Source of the DNA: Camelus dromedarius
Lineage: Eukaryota
Assembly (NCBI RefSeq): GCF_036321535.1
Contig: NC_087436.1
Location: 61,072,001-61,136,000 of the forward strand
Reading direction: 5' to 3'
DNA length: 64,000 nt
The translations under genes and the position numbers were made by a program. The notes under the pieces are model-generated. The model did no database searches. It worked only from the letters and a program-made list of their open reading frames with translations, and was not told where the DNA came from. This document shows positions 23,651-37,416 of the stretch, piece by piece; position 1 is the first letter of the stretch; each line of letters begins with the position of its first letter.

Positions 23651-26600
23651 TGTTTATACTTGGATAGCATTTCATATTATGTCTAGTTTCCTATTACTTG
23701 ACGTTTAAATTGTGATTCTTTTTTTTGCTAAAGCCAATGCTGTTGTGATCAATATGCTTTTACGTATGCTTTTGTGCCTATGGGGAAGTATTTCTATAGA
23801 ATAAATTTCCTAGAATAGAGTTAGTGAGTCAAAGGGTATGGGCGTTTCCAGTAGTAATGTAAGCTGGTGGGCTTTGCCTGAACATGCTTTCTTTCCTTGG
23901 TTCTCTCAATCAGGTCACCCAGTAGCAGCTACTGGGCATCATGCCATCATCCTGTCCTCCACATGGTTGGCAGAGCCATGTGGCAGCAAGCAGTTCCCTT
24001 TGTCTTTGTCTTCTAGGGCCTGGCCCTTTGTGATCATACATTAGACTGGATAGTTTTCTGGCAGTCCTGATGGGGATTCTGAATTGCCACTTTGTGTAAA
24101 GTGTGATGCACAGGGGACAGGTGATCGTGTCCAAGAACCTCGATCAGATCCCACATGCCCATTGTAAGACTGAGGCTGAGATGGCCCAGATGGTCAAGAG
24201 AATGGATACGTGACTTCCCTCCTGAATCTGTCCAGGTTCACTAAGGGCTTGAGGACACTGGACTTTTTTGGCCATCATGTCTTTGCTGAGTGGCGTGGGG
24301 TGAATGCCCACAGTAGGTGTGGATGTGATGATTCACAGGATGCAGGGACCAAGTGCACTCCTGGAAAAATAGGAAGAGAAACAAGGCAGTGCTGTGCATT
24401 GATGCTTTGATATTTCTCTTGATCTAATTAACACAACAGGGGCTAAGAAATAAATGTGATAATCTGACTTGGGGGCAAAAGGGCTGGTGATTTATTTAGC
24501 TAATTAATGAATACTAATTGAGCAATTACTTTGTGTTGGGCATTATGCTTAGTGCTGGGTGTACAGAAGTGACTAAGGCATAATTCCTCTCTTTGAAGAC
24601 ACCACAGAAGTCTTAAGAGTCCTTGAAAAGATTTAAACTCTTAAGAACAATGGGAGTGATGATGATGATGGGGCCTGTGTTTCAACAAGACTCTGAGTCT
24701 TGGGGGTGGTGTGAATGGGCATTTTGGGGTCCCTTTGCAAAGAAATGATTAGTAGGGAGGCTTTCCTGTACACATTTTATAGATTAAAAATTACATTCTC
24801 TTCTTTTTCTTTGATTATAAAAGATACAGTTGTATAGACAATTTAGAAAAATGTGAAGGAAATTAAAGATCACCTGTAACTATTTCATCCAGAGACAGCC
24901 ATTGATAACAGTGAGTATATTTACATTTGATCACATTTATATGAAGTTACATGTCCACCCCTGCACAAACAAATAAAGCATTTAAAAATTATTGAGAAAT
25001 GCACAAACACTCTCACCCACTCTTAGCTGATATAGGAACAATAAGTGGGACAGAAATTTCAGCCTTGGGGCTCATCGGTTGACTATCATTGCCATTTCTC
25101 CGATGACTCCTGTTTTTGGCTTTTATTATTTTTTTAAAGACAGGAAAAAAATCTAGAATTCTGAGTGTTTAATCCCCATCCTTTGCAAACATTGCTCACA
25201 GGCACACAAAGCAACATAACTTCAGTTTCTACATTCATTTTAGTGCTCATTTTAAAGGCCACCATTGAAAACTTCCTCCCTAGAACTTCATTCAGGCCTT
25301 ACCTCCGACTGATTCAAAGCTCACGGTCCAAACTCCCTGCCTTTCCCATTTCCCCCGTCCACTCACCTAGTGCTGTTTCTCCTTCCTTTTCAGACACCTC
25401 AGCCCCAGCTGACTCCAGAAACACTTTTCCTCTTTAAGTCTGCTCCACAGGCCGCCCTCTTCCCCTCATCATTTCTCATTTCTGACAGTGAAAATCTCTC
25501 CTTTCTCTCTTTATGGCTTCTTGCGACCTGAAAATAGAGGTAATTTAAATTTGGCAATTATAATGACAATGAAACAAATTTGTGAAAAGCAGAGTTTAAA
25601 ATTCAGGAGTTTCCTGATGTTAAAACCCAACTCTCTCTTTGCTTTCCTTCTGTGGATACCTCTGGTTGGGGGGTGCCTCTGAGTTCACCCTGGACCTGGT
25701 TGCCCAGCGCTAGAGGATGAGAAACAGTGAGCATGTGCAGGCAGGCGACTTCTCCCATCTGGTGAGGTAGGGATGGGAGTGAGGTCAACCAGTTACCAGG
25801 TTCATGTTCAGCAGCCTCTTCTACTTGCAATGGTCTTCCTAACCCCTGTGTGGAATCTCTGCCCCTCTACACCTGGCCCCCTGCACTGTGACTGCCCCAG
25901 GCTCCAGCCCCGTGGCAGCATCAGGTTGCTGAAATCCTAGAGTAGGGGCTGGGGATGGCATGATTTCTTCTCTGCCAATGACGAGATGAGTCACCTCCTG
26001 GGGGCTGCTCACGGCAACCCTTTTCTCCATCCTGTAGGCAGGGCCTTCTGAAGACCTCACTCACCCCCTCCGTTATGAAGTGCTCCGAGCTCTCCAAAAG
26101 TCAGCGGGAAATGTATTAGTGTGGATTAACAACCCACTTCGCTGGCACACACCTAGTCTACCACTTAAACAACCGGCTCCAATTCTCAGTTAAAAAAAAA
26201 AGATCTGCTAAAATCTGGTTTCAGAAAGAGGACACGGGAGGCATATAACATAGAGCCCATCTCCCGACGGGAGCCATCTGTTCTCATTAGAGTGATCTAG
26301 CAGCCTCAGCTCGGGAGGGAGGGGCCTCCAGGTGCTCAGAAGGAAGCCAGCTTGCCAGTTGTCTTTTCAGAGACTTTGCTTTTTTGTTTTGTTTAGTTTT
26401 GTTTTTGTCTGGCAGGCTCAAAGAGAGACTGTCCTACTTTCCAAGAGAACGATCGCTCCAACATTTTAAGAAATTAAGTCCCTGGGAAAAAAAAATCTTG
26501 TTTGAGAGGGTTCGTAATGGCTCCTTGACCACAAGCTGTGCTGTCCGATTTATAACAGAGAATTATTACAGAAGTTGGGAGCCTAAGTTGGTGTGCACAG

Positions 26601-27802
26601 CCATTGCTTAAAAAGGGACGGATGCTTCCTGGGGACAGTGATCCTCCCCACCGGACCCCCCAGCATTTATTCAATCTGGAGAGAATCTGTCTGCCAGGCT
26701 CCTGTTCCTACATTCCAGGAAGAGCCAGACTCATTCATTGTCCTCTGTATACAGAAAGTGATAATTCCTCTGAGCCTAGAGGGGAGAATGTGATCAAAGT
26801 CCTGCTGGTGATGGCAACTGCTTTTGGCAGGGGGTGTACCCATTTTGCTAGTGTCTTTCTATTGCAAGCCTGCCGGGATGCCTGCTGAGTCAAAAATATA
26901 TTACTAGAAAGATACTCCTTTTTGGGGGTATCTTATATCCCATTGTAGAGAAAGGCAGATGAAATAACAAGAGAATTTGTCCCCAAATTTAAAATGATTT
27001 TTCATGGATTTTATATTATCCACTTTGCCTGCAAAGATTGGCCTGAGGACTAAAAAATGTAACTAGAGGTCTCCCGCATATACTTGGAATATCTTTCTCC
27101 TCTCTCGGGGTCTCCTTCTTGCCAGTCCCCCACACTCCTCACCAAGCTGTTATTCTGCCTCCCATCAAGGGCTTGGTTTATGTAATGTGTCCTGTCAGCT
27201 GATTCCTGTTAAAATGTTAGCTGCTGTTAGGATATTCTCCTGGGGGGATATTTGCATTTTAATAGGTGGCTTGAATATGGAAAAGTTTCAGCCTAAAGCT
27301 GAGAAGCCTCACCAAGGAAGAGAGAGGAAATTCTGGATGGGGGTGAGGATGTGCGAGGTCGGAGACATTATCAAATCCTACTGAGTATATCCCATGGAAC
27401 TGACCCTTCTTCCCTCTCTTTTACTTTTGTCCCCAAACCTCAGAGTATATGGCACCTCACACACTCCTGTGGGGCAGAAAGGAAGCCTTTTATAGGCAGG
27501 TAGGAAATAAGACAGCAATTTTTCCAAGAGCGCTGGAACTCAGTAAGTCCTGGTGTGGAAGCAGTACCACTGGAGAAAGCCCCCTGCACCTGCTCCTATA
27601 TAAGGGAGGGGAGCAATTTAAGCTATTTTTTAAAAGCACTAAGTGAAATTTTTCTTTGGAATTTGGGAGGAGATGCATTGATGTGACCTCTGAGCAGAAG
27701 TCAAAGACTGAATGAAAAGTGCTTCTTCCTGTTCCTGACCCTGGGAGCAGTTAGAGGCTGAAGTGAGAGCACAGTCAGCACCCTCCCCAGCTCTCCACCC
27801 AT

Positions 27803-27986
27803 GCACTGCCGGATTTAACAAATAAAAACACAGGTGCCCAGTTAAGTTTGAATTTCCGATAAACCATGAATAACTTTTTAGAATGAATATGATACATGTG
27901 CTATTTGGGATGTATTTATACAAAAAACATTCTTGTTTATCTGAATTCAAATTTAACTGTGTGTCCTGTATGTTATCTGGCAATCC
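27803..27986. mobile_element. MER53 palindromic hAT MITE
   Basis: tgccggatttaacaaataaaaacacaggtgcccagttaagtttgaattt ... gaattcaaatttaactgtgtgtcctgtatgttatctggcaa (inverted arms). Confidence 0.85.
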
Positions 27987-28109
27987 ACTACCACACTAGT
28001 CTTTTGCAATTCCTTGTATATATTGTTAAAAATAATTTCTAAAAACAGTAAAATTAAAACTCTTATACAAACATAAAATGAACATGTGTTAATGAATATG
28101 TCTTTTTTT

Positions 28110-28460
28110 TTTTAACTCATTGATTAATGAGAGAACCAGTAAGATGACATAACTGGCTCAAAGGAGAATTCCATACACACACACACACATACACAATCAG
28201 GAAATGCTGAAATAAAAATTTTAATAGATGCAAAACTAGCCATATTCATAGGGCAATAATCAGTTGCGTTCCACTGGGCGAAACTAGTTTGCATTTCTGT
28301 GGACAAGAGTCATCTGCATTATTATCAGTTTTCTACAACTTGCAATAGTTGTAAAACAGGCCAACACTAATGAAAGGCACAGATAACCAGGAAGGGTGTG
28401 CTAGACAGAACATCCAGTAATCATTTTTGCCTATTTTAAAGTCTTTCATAATTTCTCCCG
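28110..28460. mobile_element. hAT-like DNA transposon fragment (family uncertain)
   Basis: ttaactcattgattaatgagagaaccagtaagatg resembles a recalled DNA-transposon consensus. Confidence 0.35.
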
Positions 28461-29340
28461 ATAGTGTCATGCTTGCTCCTGTCTCAGGGCCTTTGCACAG
28501 GTTCCCCCACCTTCCTAGTTATTTTGTACTTACTGTTGATATCTTCTTTCAATCATCATTACTTCTGGGAATCCTTCCCTGACCCTCAGTCTAGGTCAGA
28601 TTCATGAGTTATATGCTCTCATAGGAGCATATTTCTTTCATTATAGCATTATGTCAGTTTATAATTCCTGCTTCTTATTGAGGTCTCTAATCCCTTGCCC
28701 AGTCTAGCCCCTGTTCTCACCGGCTTCCTTTCTAATTATGCTCTGGTCACACTTTTCTCCTTTCTGTTCTTCGACCATAACAAGTACTTCCCTGCCCCAG
28801 GGACTTTGTACCTGCTGTTCGCTGCATCTGGAATTTTTTTGTCTCTTGGCTTTTGCATAGTATGTTTCTTTTCCTCTCTCAGGTCTCAGTTTGAATATCA
28901 GAAAGACCTCTCCAGATCAGCTTATTTAGAGATGCTCCCCTCCCCACCTTACTTTCTACCCCAGTGGTTCTTAAACCTTAAGCACAGATCAGAATGCCCT
29001 GGCAGGCTTGTTAAAACAGATTGCTGGGGCTCATGCCAGGGTTTTTGACTCAGTAGGTGTGGGGAGGTGTGTGAGGATCTGTGTTTTAACAAGTTCTTGG
29101 GTGATGCTGATGCTGCTGGTTTGGACACCACTCTTGAAGAAACAATACTCTGATGATTTCCTCTCAAAACTTAACATTATCGTTTTCCCCCTTTACTGAT
29201 TTGCTTTCTGTCTCCTACGCAACTGGAAGTTCCACTTGGGGAGGGACATTGATACCGCTTTTCTCTGCTTTATCCACAGTACCACGGCAGTGCCTGGTTT
29301 ATAAAAGACGTACGATAAATATTTATTGAATGAATGAGTG
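28460..29340 (+). mobile_element. L2 fragments with nested MER5A (28962-29146)
   Basis: tcagggcctttgcacagg...ataaatatttattgaatgaatga; MER5A cagtggttcttaaa...gatgctgatgctgctggt. Confidence 0.8.
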
Positions 29341-30519
29341 AACCATTTTCTCTATTCCTGTTCTGTGCTGTTATAAAGGGTTTGCTTACCAAAGCACTGC
29401 TAAATTCAGGTGGCTGAGACTAAGCCAGAGAGACTGGTATTCGTCACTAAGATGAGTTTGTGGAGGAGAGGTCTTGATAAACCAAGCCATTATCTGATCA
29501 GTAACTTGGATAAAGACCAGTGACTGTTGAGGCCTGTGCTGCCCCATGAGTGTGCCCTCCTTTTTGGGGGCCAATGTGACCAACCTACAGTTGGTTAGAG
29601 ACATCAGGGCTTTGGCAAGGCACAAGCTGACCTGGGTTTTACTAAGACCAGAAGCTACCATGAGTAGAAGACCTGGGCAGGTGGGGTGGGGGAGGGGTTT
29701 GTACTTTGGCTTCAGGTGTGCTGCCAGGGTGAGGGGATGAGGCAGCTTGGGTAAAGGAACAGAGAGAGTCAGGAGCTGGGGGCACTCTCCCTCTAAGCTA
29801 GGCTAAAGGTAGTTCTGTCACCTTTTTTGCATCTTCTTAAATGCCTTAGGGTCCGTTGCCCTTCTGGTCTTAACTCTGGGCCTTCTAATGCCAATATTCC
29901 ATTCCAAAACCCTCAATCATGGGGAGCTTAAAGCACACCCTCAGGCCTTTCTCCGCAGCAGCCCTCCAGGTTATAGCTCTTTCTCATCTACTCTCTTCTG
30001 TACCATTCATCTGGGCGTTCATCTCACCAGGTTATATGGTAAACTAATGGATCCTTGAGAAGGACAATATGCCTAGTGCTTAAAAGCATACACTTTGAAG
30101 TCAGCCCCAGATTCTAATCTTATTCCTGCTAAATGCTGTGCATCCTGGAGAAACTTACTTAACCATTCTGTATGTCAGGTTATGGGGATAATGATAGCAT
30201 TAAATCAAAGGGTTGTTGCAGGTATAAAAGAGATGATACTTGTAAAGAGTTTAGTCCCTGTGCCTTGTAGCTACAGGATAATGGCCTAATACTCCTTCAC
30301 TGAAACAGCTTTCCATTTTGACACAGGACTTTGGTAGATACATGCATTGACTGCAAGAGTCTTGGCAGGTCGGATATTTGGGGGACCTTTAGATGACAGC
30401 ATGTGAGCAGATGTCCATTCTGTGTGCTGGTTGGAGGAGCCTCTGCAGACCTCTATGGGGGACAGAGCACCGGGAGACTTGGCTACTGCCGCTCATCCTG
30501 CTCAGACCCTGGCAACTGA

Positions 30520-30960
30520 GGGTAAGACAATAATAGCAATGTTGTATTCAGGAGCATTGCTTTAAATAATCCTTCTCCTTAATAGCTTTGCCCCTGGCGT
30601 GTGACAGGTGTTTACATTATTAAGTAAAAGCGTTTAAACAGCGACCTCCTTGGTATAAGGGTGAAGGAGATTAAAATCCAAGCAGTGCTCCAGCCATTTA
30701 AATCAATGAGACTTGTCAGATCTGTAACACATAAGCCACTTAGAGGGCGCAGGCATCTATTGTTTTTGAGCTTCAACTAATATCTCAATATGTTCATTCC
30801 TTCAAAGTCTGCCCGGCCCTGGGATGCTTGCTAAAGGCTGGTCTGGCCACGGCCTCTCTCCCTTTAGTATCAACATTGCTTAATAAATAATAGCATCATT
30901 TAATGGCAAAACGTGCACCAAGTAGTTATGCTATTAGGAAAGATCAGAGCTTGGGTTGAT
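30520..30960. promoter_or_regulatory. Candidate conserved developmental enhancer
   Basis: No recognisable repeat; dense TGACAG, TGTTTAC, TGATTTAA+TGACA, ATTGTT, CTTTGAAG and TAAT motifs. Confidence 0.4.
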
Positions 30961-31792
30961 TCCTGCTCAGAGAAATGAACTTTCAAGGAATCCCAATGGT
31001 CAAGTCCCTTAGCTAATTGGGAAGCAGCGATCAGGAATGCTGCCCTCTCCTCCACTAGCAGATGCTAAGCCAGGCTGCTTGGCTTCACCCAGTCACCTTT
31101 TTTGGAATTGTGTCATCCCAGTCTTTAGCCACACACTGGCAACCTCATGCCCACCAGTAGCATTGAGGAACCAAGTTTTTGACACTTAAATTTTTTTTCC
31201 TCCAAAGTTTCATACTCTTATTCTCTCTTCCTTAATGATTAACCTAGATTTTCCACATTTGGCAATGAAGGGGAAATCTCCATTTAGGAATTGCAGCTGG
31301 AACTTAAAGATCCAACTCCTGTTCCTCAAGATTTACCTTTCCCTTGGAGGTCTCTAATTTCTGCAAGCCCCGCCAAGCTGGTTTCAGGGTGCTGCTTCAT
31401 TATTAACGTTTCAGTTCTAAAGGGGACATGACCCTTCTTTTAATTCTTTTAATTCCTTCTCAGTTCACACTTGAGTCAGGCTGGCCACAAAAGGAACCAC
31501 ACATAGGTGGGGTTACAAGGCAGTGTTTATTTTCTTCCAGCTGTGGCTGCATATGCTGGTCTGCTGCAGGGAGTGAGCAGGACCCTGATCCCTGAGACAT
31601 GCCCTGACCCAGCAGAGTGTGAATGGTGTGAAGGGCTCATTCCCAGGTGACTGACCTGGGCAATGGTTTTCGCTTCAGAGGAAAGCCCGCCTCCTACTCA
31701 CAGTGGCGAGGTGACATCACAAGCCTCTAGTCTACAGAACTTCATCAAAATACAGCACCAGGAACTTCGCACTGGAAAAGAGACACATGTAA

Positions 31793-31954
31793 ACAGTACT
31801 TGGCCACTCAACATGTTCAGGACCAGCAGTATGGATATGCCCTGGGGGCTTGTTAGATATTCAGCATCTTAGGCCCCCAGATCTGCTAACATAGAATCTG
31901 CATTTTAACAATCTCCTCAGTGATTTGTGTGCTTGCAGAAGCCAGAGAAGCACT
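31793..31954. mobile_element. MER5B-like MITE
   Basis: ggaccagcag...cttgttaga...agaatctgcattttaacaa...gagaagcactg. Confidence 0.75.
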
Positions 31955-32189
31955 GATACAGAACAAAAAGGGCCATTTTGTCCACACCACCTCCACCTAC
32001 CACAGGAAACAACTCTGTTTAAGCCTGGCTCAGGGAGGAAAGTCCCTTGACATATTTGTCCCTTGGCCTCTGTAGGGTTCTTCTGGATTATGGCAGAATG
32101 ACTGGGGACTCTTGGATTTCTGAGACTGTTTGAAGGGAGAAGGAATGTTAAGCACCTTCTGCAAGGGGATAAGAGGGCACGCATGTCAT

Positions 32190-32420
32190 GGGTGGGAGAC
32201 CAGTGCACAAGTTAATTTGTTTATTTCCATAATCATGCTCAGTACCTCCAACAGCATGTGGCCAATGGGGTGCAGGCTCCCCGGGGGCCTGGTGCAAGAC
32301 TGCCTCCTAGGCAAAGCACAGGGAAGCCTCCCAGACAATGCAACACTCATTAAGATTAATCAATTCTGTCAAAAGCCCACTCAATGAAAGCAGTACCTCC
32401 TGGGTGTTCAACTGCTAGTC
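32190..32420. promoter_or_regulatory. Candidate enhancer with MEIS/PBX-HOX composite
   Basis: Minus strand TGACAG-AAT-TGATTAAT at 32355-32371; FOX TGTTTAT 32218-32224; SOX ACAATG 32335-32340. Confidence 0.4.
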
Positions 32421-35400
32421 AGTTGAGTCTCCACAGCAACTCGGGACCCACTGGTAAATGCAATCTCATGGTTTGGAAGGAATTTAGGTATTTTATTTAC
32501 AGAGGCAGTAGAGACCCCCATGCCCTCCACTTGGTTAGCTCTATGACTGGAGGCTCATATTTAACCTCCCAATATTTAGTTTCTCCATTTTAAAATTGAT
32601 GGTACTGATCTCACGAATGGTACTGATCTTATGAGTGTGTTGTAAATACTAAGCTTAGTATTCATCCTGTAACACTCACTGTGTATTACTCAGACTTAAA
32701 GTCATCTTTATAGGATGTAAGAAGTATATTTCAGGAGTGGAAGGAATCTTGAAGTCACCTTACGAAAAGAGGATGAAAAAGGATAATCACAAAGATGAAA
32801 AAGACCTCTGCTTTCATTTTGCCAGAGCCATGAGTTCCAGCTCTAGGTCTGCCCTTGTGTTACTGAGGTCCAGTGAGAAACTGGGTGAAACAGGAGCTAG
32901 GAGCAGGAGAGGGGTTGTGTAGGTCAGCTGGAAGCCATCAAGCTAGTTAACAGGGAAGAGAGATGAATTTATTTGTCGTGGCAAAATATCAGAAGATCTG
33001 AGGTATCAACAGTGTTGGGAAAAGAATCTGATATTTTATTCTTGATGATCAATGTTGCAGCAAAGCAGAAAGACATGGCTGAATGCCACGTCAAAGGTTT
33101 GAAAGGTGTTCACGCAGATGAGCTCACGTGCACCCCCGTGGGCTCTGCCCCTCTCCTTCTTGATCCTACCTTCACTTCCCACAACCAGCAGGGCATCAGT
33201 GAGCAGGAGGAGGTCCCAGCACAGAGAAGATTTTCCAGAGTCACCAATAAGCTTGCAAAGGACATGTCCTTTCTAAGGAAAATTCACTCCTGTAGTGCTA
33301 TTCCTGGGGCTCGACTAGCATGCTGCTTTCCACTGACAAATGATTTCAGAGGGGGAGACCTTGTGACCTTGTAAATATGACAAGTACATTTGAATTTTTT
33401 ATTCTGGAAGCTAACTACTGAAAGCAAGAGTTAAAAAAAATGATCCCCCTCTGTCTTCTCTCTGGCAGAAGCTGAAAATACAGAGGGGTTTTCATTTGGC
33501 AGTGATCTGGATGCCTTCTGATGGCCTGTTTTCCTTTGGAGCTGGGCTCCCACTTTCAGACTGCCATCCCTTTGATCTTCTATTCCCTGTGTTCAGGTAC
33601 TCCTTTGAGCCTACCTGAACCATGAGAAACAAATCTTCTAATTACTTCAGGTTTGGCCTCCTCCTCCAGTTCTCATTTTCTGCAGCTCCTGCAACGGTTA
33701 CCAAATAAATCTGTGTGGGGCTCTAGCCCTTGGAAATAGCACGGAGGTACCTGCAGCAGCGAGACGAATTTCAAAGTTAGTTAAAAGGCACAAGAGGAGT
33801 GAAGGAATTGAACGAGAATCCCTCCCTGGTTTTCAGCTTGGAGATCTAATACTGACTGTACTTCAAGTCCATGTTCATTGCAGGGCACAGCCCTCACACC
33901 TTTGCTTGTAGAAGAGAGAGTAATAAATGCTGTATCTCCTCCGTGTGGTACCCAGAGCTCCACCCTCCATCAGTGGTGCCCCAGGTGCTGTAGGAACACA
34001 TACCCTAAGTGGAAGCCCAGGCGGGCAGAGAAAGGGGAAGGAGATGGTGGTGGGCTCCGGGTTTGGCCACTAGGAGACCTGAAGCAAGGCGAAGAGTTGC
34101 AGAAGAGCGGGCCAACTCCTGTGACCTGTCACTGAGTTGGAGCCAGGTTGCATGGGGCTGCATTTTAAGCAGTCCATTCTGAGTGAAGAATCTGTGGCAG
34201 AGAGGTGCTGGGGCAGGCCAGGCTGTGATCCTGTATGCTGGGCGGTCCAAGGGGAGGTAATTAGGAGCAACGAGCATGAAACTGTGGAAAAGAAAATGTA
34301 AGCTGTGCAACATAAAAACCTTCCTGACAGTGATGTCTATTAGCCGATGGCATCCTCTCCTCAGGGAAGTTTCAAAAGACCCATTACTGGAGGCGTTTAA
34401 GGGGGCCCTGATAACATATGGGATGGGGGAGTGGGCTGGTTGGAACTGCATTGTTCCTTCTCAGAGCCATGCCCTGCCCAAGCTGGTTTCAGGTTAATTA
34501 CACCAACTCACACCCCTTCGGTGCTGCTAGAAGGGCCACTTAATACAAATTCCTCCAGCGGGATCATTTCCCTTTGGAGTAATTTCTGCCTCTGCAAAAG
34601 GAAGGTGCCATGTAGGCATGACTATAAATAAACGCAGCACACCCCACAGCTCCTCAGGATGGGGCAGACTGTTGGGTCCCCTAAGAGAAATTCTGAAAAC
34701 AAAATTTTCACTAGTTGGGTGATGATTTGCAAAATATTTTTGAGGGAGTCTTCTTTGAGATGGATAGGTTTACTTCTCTAGCGCACTTGATTTTTAAAAT
34801 GTGATGATGAATCACATCGGGGTCAAATAAGTAGAAAGTGTCACTCCTCCACCCCCTCTCCCTGATGGCCCCAGTGTTTGGGGGGGGACTTTGAAGGTCA
34901 CCCAAGTGACCAGGAAGTGGCTTCTCTTGAGATAACCATCAGTGTTCTTTCTTTACTTGGTTCTATTTACAACAAACAGCAGTGTGTTAGGCACCCTAGG
35001 GAGACAAAATGAGTTAGATTTGGGGCCTACCAAGGCCCAAATACGGGGTAATCCCCTTATTCACAGGGGCTCCTGGCAACTCCTGGCCAGGCAGCTATTT
35101 AGAATGCAAAGTGGGACTAACAGCTTGAAATTGTAGTTGCTTTGGGCTCCGCCTCACCCTTGATTCTCCTAGGCCATCAGTCCATAGCTCTGTTGATAGC
35201 TTTTCATAGCATCGCTCATGTTCATCACCTCCACCTCATGTTAGATCATCAAGGGTTCATTCCTGGATGATTGCCATTGCCTGACCTTCCTGCCTTTATG
35301 TTTGTTCCTTCTAACCCACCTTTCCACCCTAGCCAGGTCCAAATCTGGAAACCACCTTTTCATCATGACACTCACTTTTGCAAAACTTGTCAATGGCTCC

Positions 35401-35664
35401 CCATGGCTGCCAGGACAGAGAATTGGGCTGGAATGATGGTCCTTTCCTACTTATAAGAATAGTTGATTCTGGTAATATTTTGAGAGATTCAGACCTATTC
35501 ATTTCAGGAATGACTAGGATTGACATTAAGGGCTGGCTATTTCCTCTTCATAATTTATGATTTAAAATTGTATCTAAACATTGACTTTGATAATCAAGTT
35601 GCATTCTGAATCCTTTACCTTTGTAAGCTCAGCCCCTTCTGTAAGGTGAGGATGCTGTGATAGA

Positions 35665-35820
35665 ACAGTGGTTCTCAGCCCTGGCTGCAAGTAAGAGTCA
35701 TCTGAGAAATACTGCAAGCTATGGATGCCTGGGTTAGAATCTTTGAGGTGGGTAATCTGAGTGTCAGAATTTTTAAAGAGTTCCCCAGGTGACACAAATG
35801 TGCAGCCATTGTTGGAATTA
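35665..35820. mobile_element. MER5A1-like MITE
   Basis: cagtggttctcagccctggctgca...aaagagttccccaggtgacacaaatgtgcagcca. Confidence 0.7.
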
Positions 35821-37089
35821 ATATTTAAGACTACTTCTAAGACCATTGTATTTCAGATATATTTTGGTTTCCTAATTCTTGAACTCTTCTAGGTCAGCTG
35901 AATACTTAGCTAACACGAAGTAGGATCCTTTTAGTTAGATACAATCTTAGATCCAAATTGACATTGCTCTTTTGTGGCCACTATAACCCCAAACAAGATT
36001 CTATTTTCCTCTGATTCTGAACACAATTATCCCCCTAATCCATGCCTCCTGCCAATTCATCCAATCTACAAATGTTTATCGAGCATCAACTATATGCCAG
36101 AGGCCCCATTCTAGACAGTGGGAAAAGATACATTAGTGAGCAGGGTAGACAAAAAGCCTGTTTTCATGGAATTTATATTCTAGAATCAGGTCTAGATCAA
36201 TATGAATCTCATCTTGATTTTGTTTGAATCACTTCCCTAAGTTTTCAACCATATTTTTCTGGTTACTCATGCCTGCTTTATCCCAGGGCATCAATATAAA
36301 GCCCACCTTTAAACTTGATTGTTTCTCATCTATAGAAAAACACTAAATCAGGTGAGAAGCAATTGTGAAGTATAGTACATAAAGGCTATTATGATGTCTC
36401 TGTAGAAGGTGGGATTAATACCTTTTGATAACTAGAAAGGTTAAGGAATCTGACCATTTGGATGCAGATATTTTGCTCTATATATTTAAAAGTAAGTCTT
36501 TCTTTTGGTGGTGGACATATCTTGTTGCTATAACCCTTCATTTACTGTCTTGTTAGATATTGGGAGAAGACACTTACTCCCCAGTCCACCATTGTTGTGT
36601 GTAGGGAATTCTTCAGAGTACAATCCAAGGTTCTATACCCTGCATACCCACTTCTCCCCTTGCCCCAAGGGTGGAAGAGTGACTCACTTAATGGGTGAGT
36701 TTTGGTTAGTGGCCAGGTACAACTCAGCCCTCTTTCCTCTATTATTCTTCATCACCTATCAGTTTGCAGAGAGCATTCTCTGGTTCTCCATGCTATAACT
36801 CTGACAGGTGCTGGCCCCCATGGGAGACTCCATGTCTGTGATGGGGCAGGCCCGTCTAATTCAGGAGTTAGCAAACCCGCTTGGTTAACAGACCTAAAGA
36901 CATGTCATAAAGGTGACATTTTTGTATCTCTCTACCTGGCTCCTGGGTCCTTCATCTGGTTCCAAGCTTGGGGCATTGAGCCTCCTCAAGCCCCAACAGT
37001 AACTGTACCTCAATTCCCCTCTATAGAACCACTTTCTCCAACTCGTAGTTTGGATTAAGTGAAACTGATTCTATAATATGAGACCCACA

Positions 37090-37416
37090 ATTAGTTCCCC
37101 CTGGTTACAATGATTAGTTTAAGGGTGAACATATAACCCAATCAGACCAACGACCTGCAGCGATGTTTCCCTCACTGAGGAACTCCTGATCTTATCTGCT
37201 GGATCCAAAAAGGGTATAAGGGTTACAACCATTGCTGCCATTCTGTTCCAACATGAAGCTGAGGAATGGAGAGAAACAGTCCTGATGACATTGGTTGTAC
37301 TCAGGATTCAACCATGACTGAAGCTAAGTATGCCTCTGGAGTTTTCATCCTAAGTGAAACAATAAATTATCATTTTGCTTAAGCTACTTTGGGTTTAGTT
37401 TTATTCTACTTGCAAT
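37090..37416 (+). mobile_element. MaLR LTR (MLT1K-like)
   Basis: gatgacattgg...ggattcaaccatgactgaagct...caataaatt...ttgcttaagctactttggg. Confidence 0.6.

Noticed and set aside
30735..30750. CTCF motif GCCACTTAGAGGGCGC
   Set aside because: A one-base insertion breaks the core spacing
32973..33374. 133-aa ORF
   Set aside because: TTG start, no recognisable homology or convincing splice context
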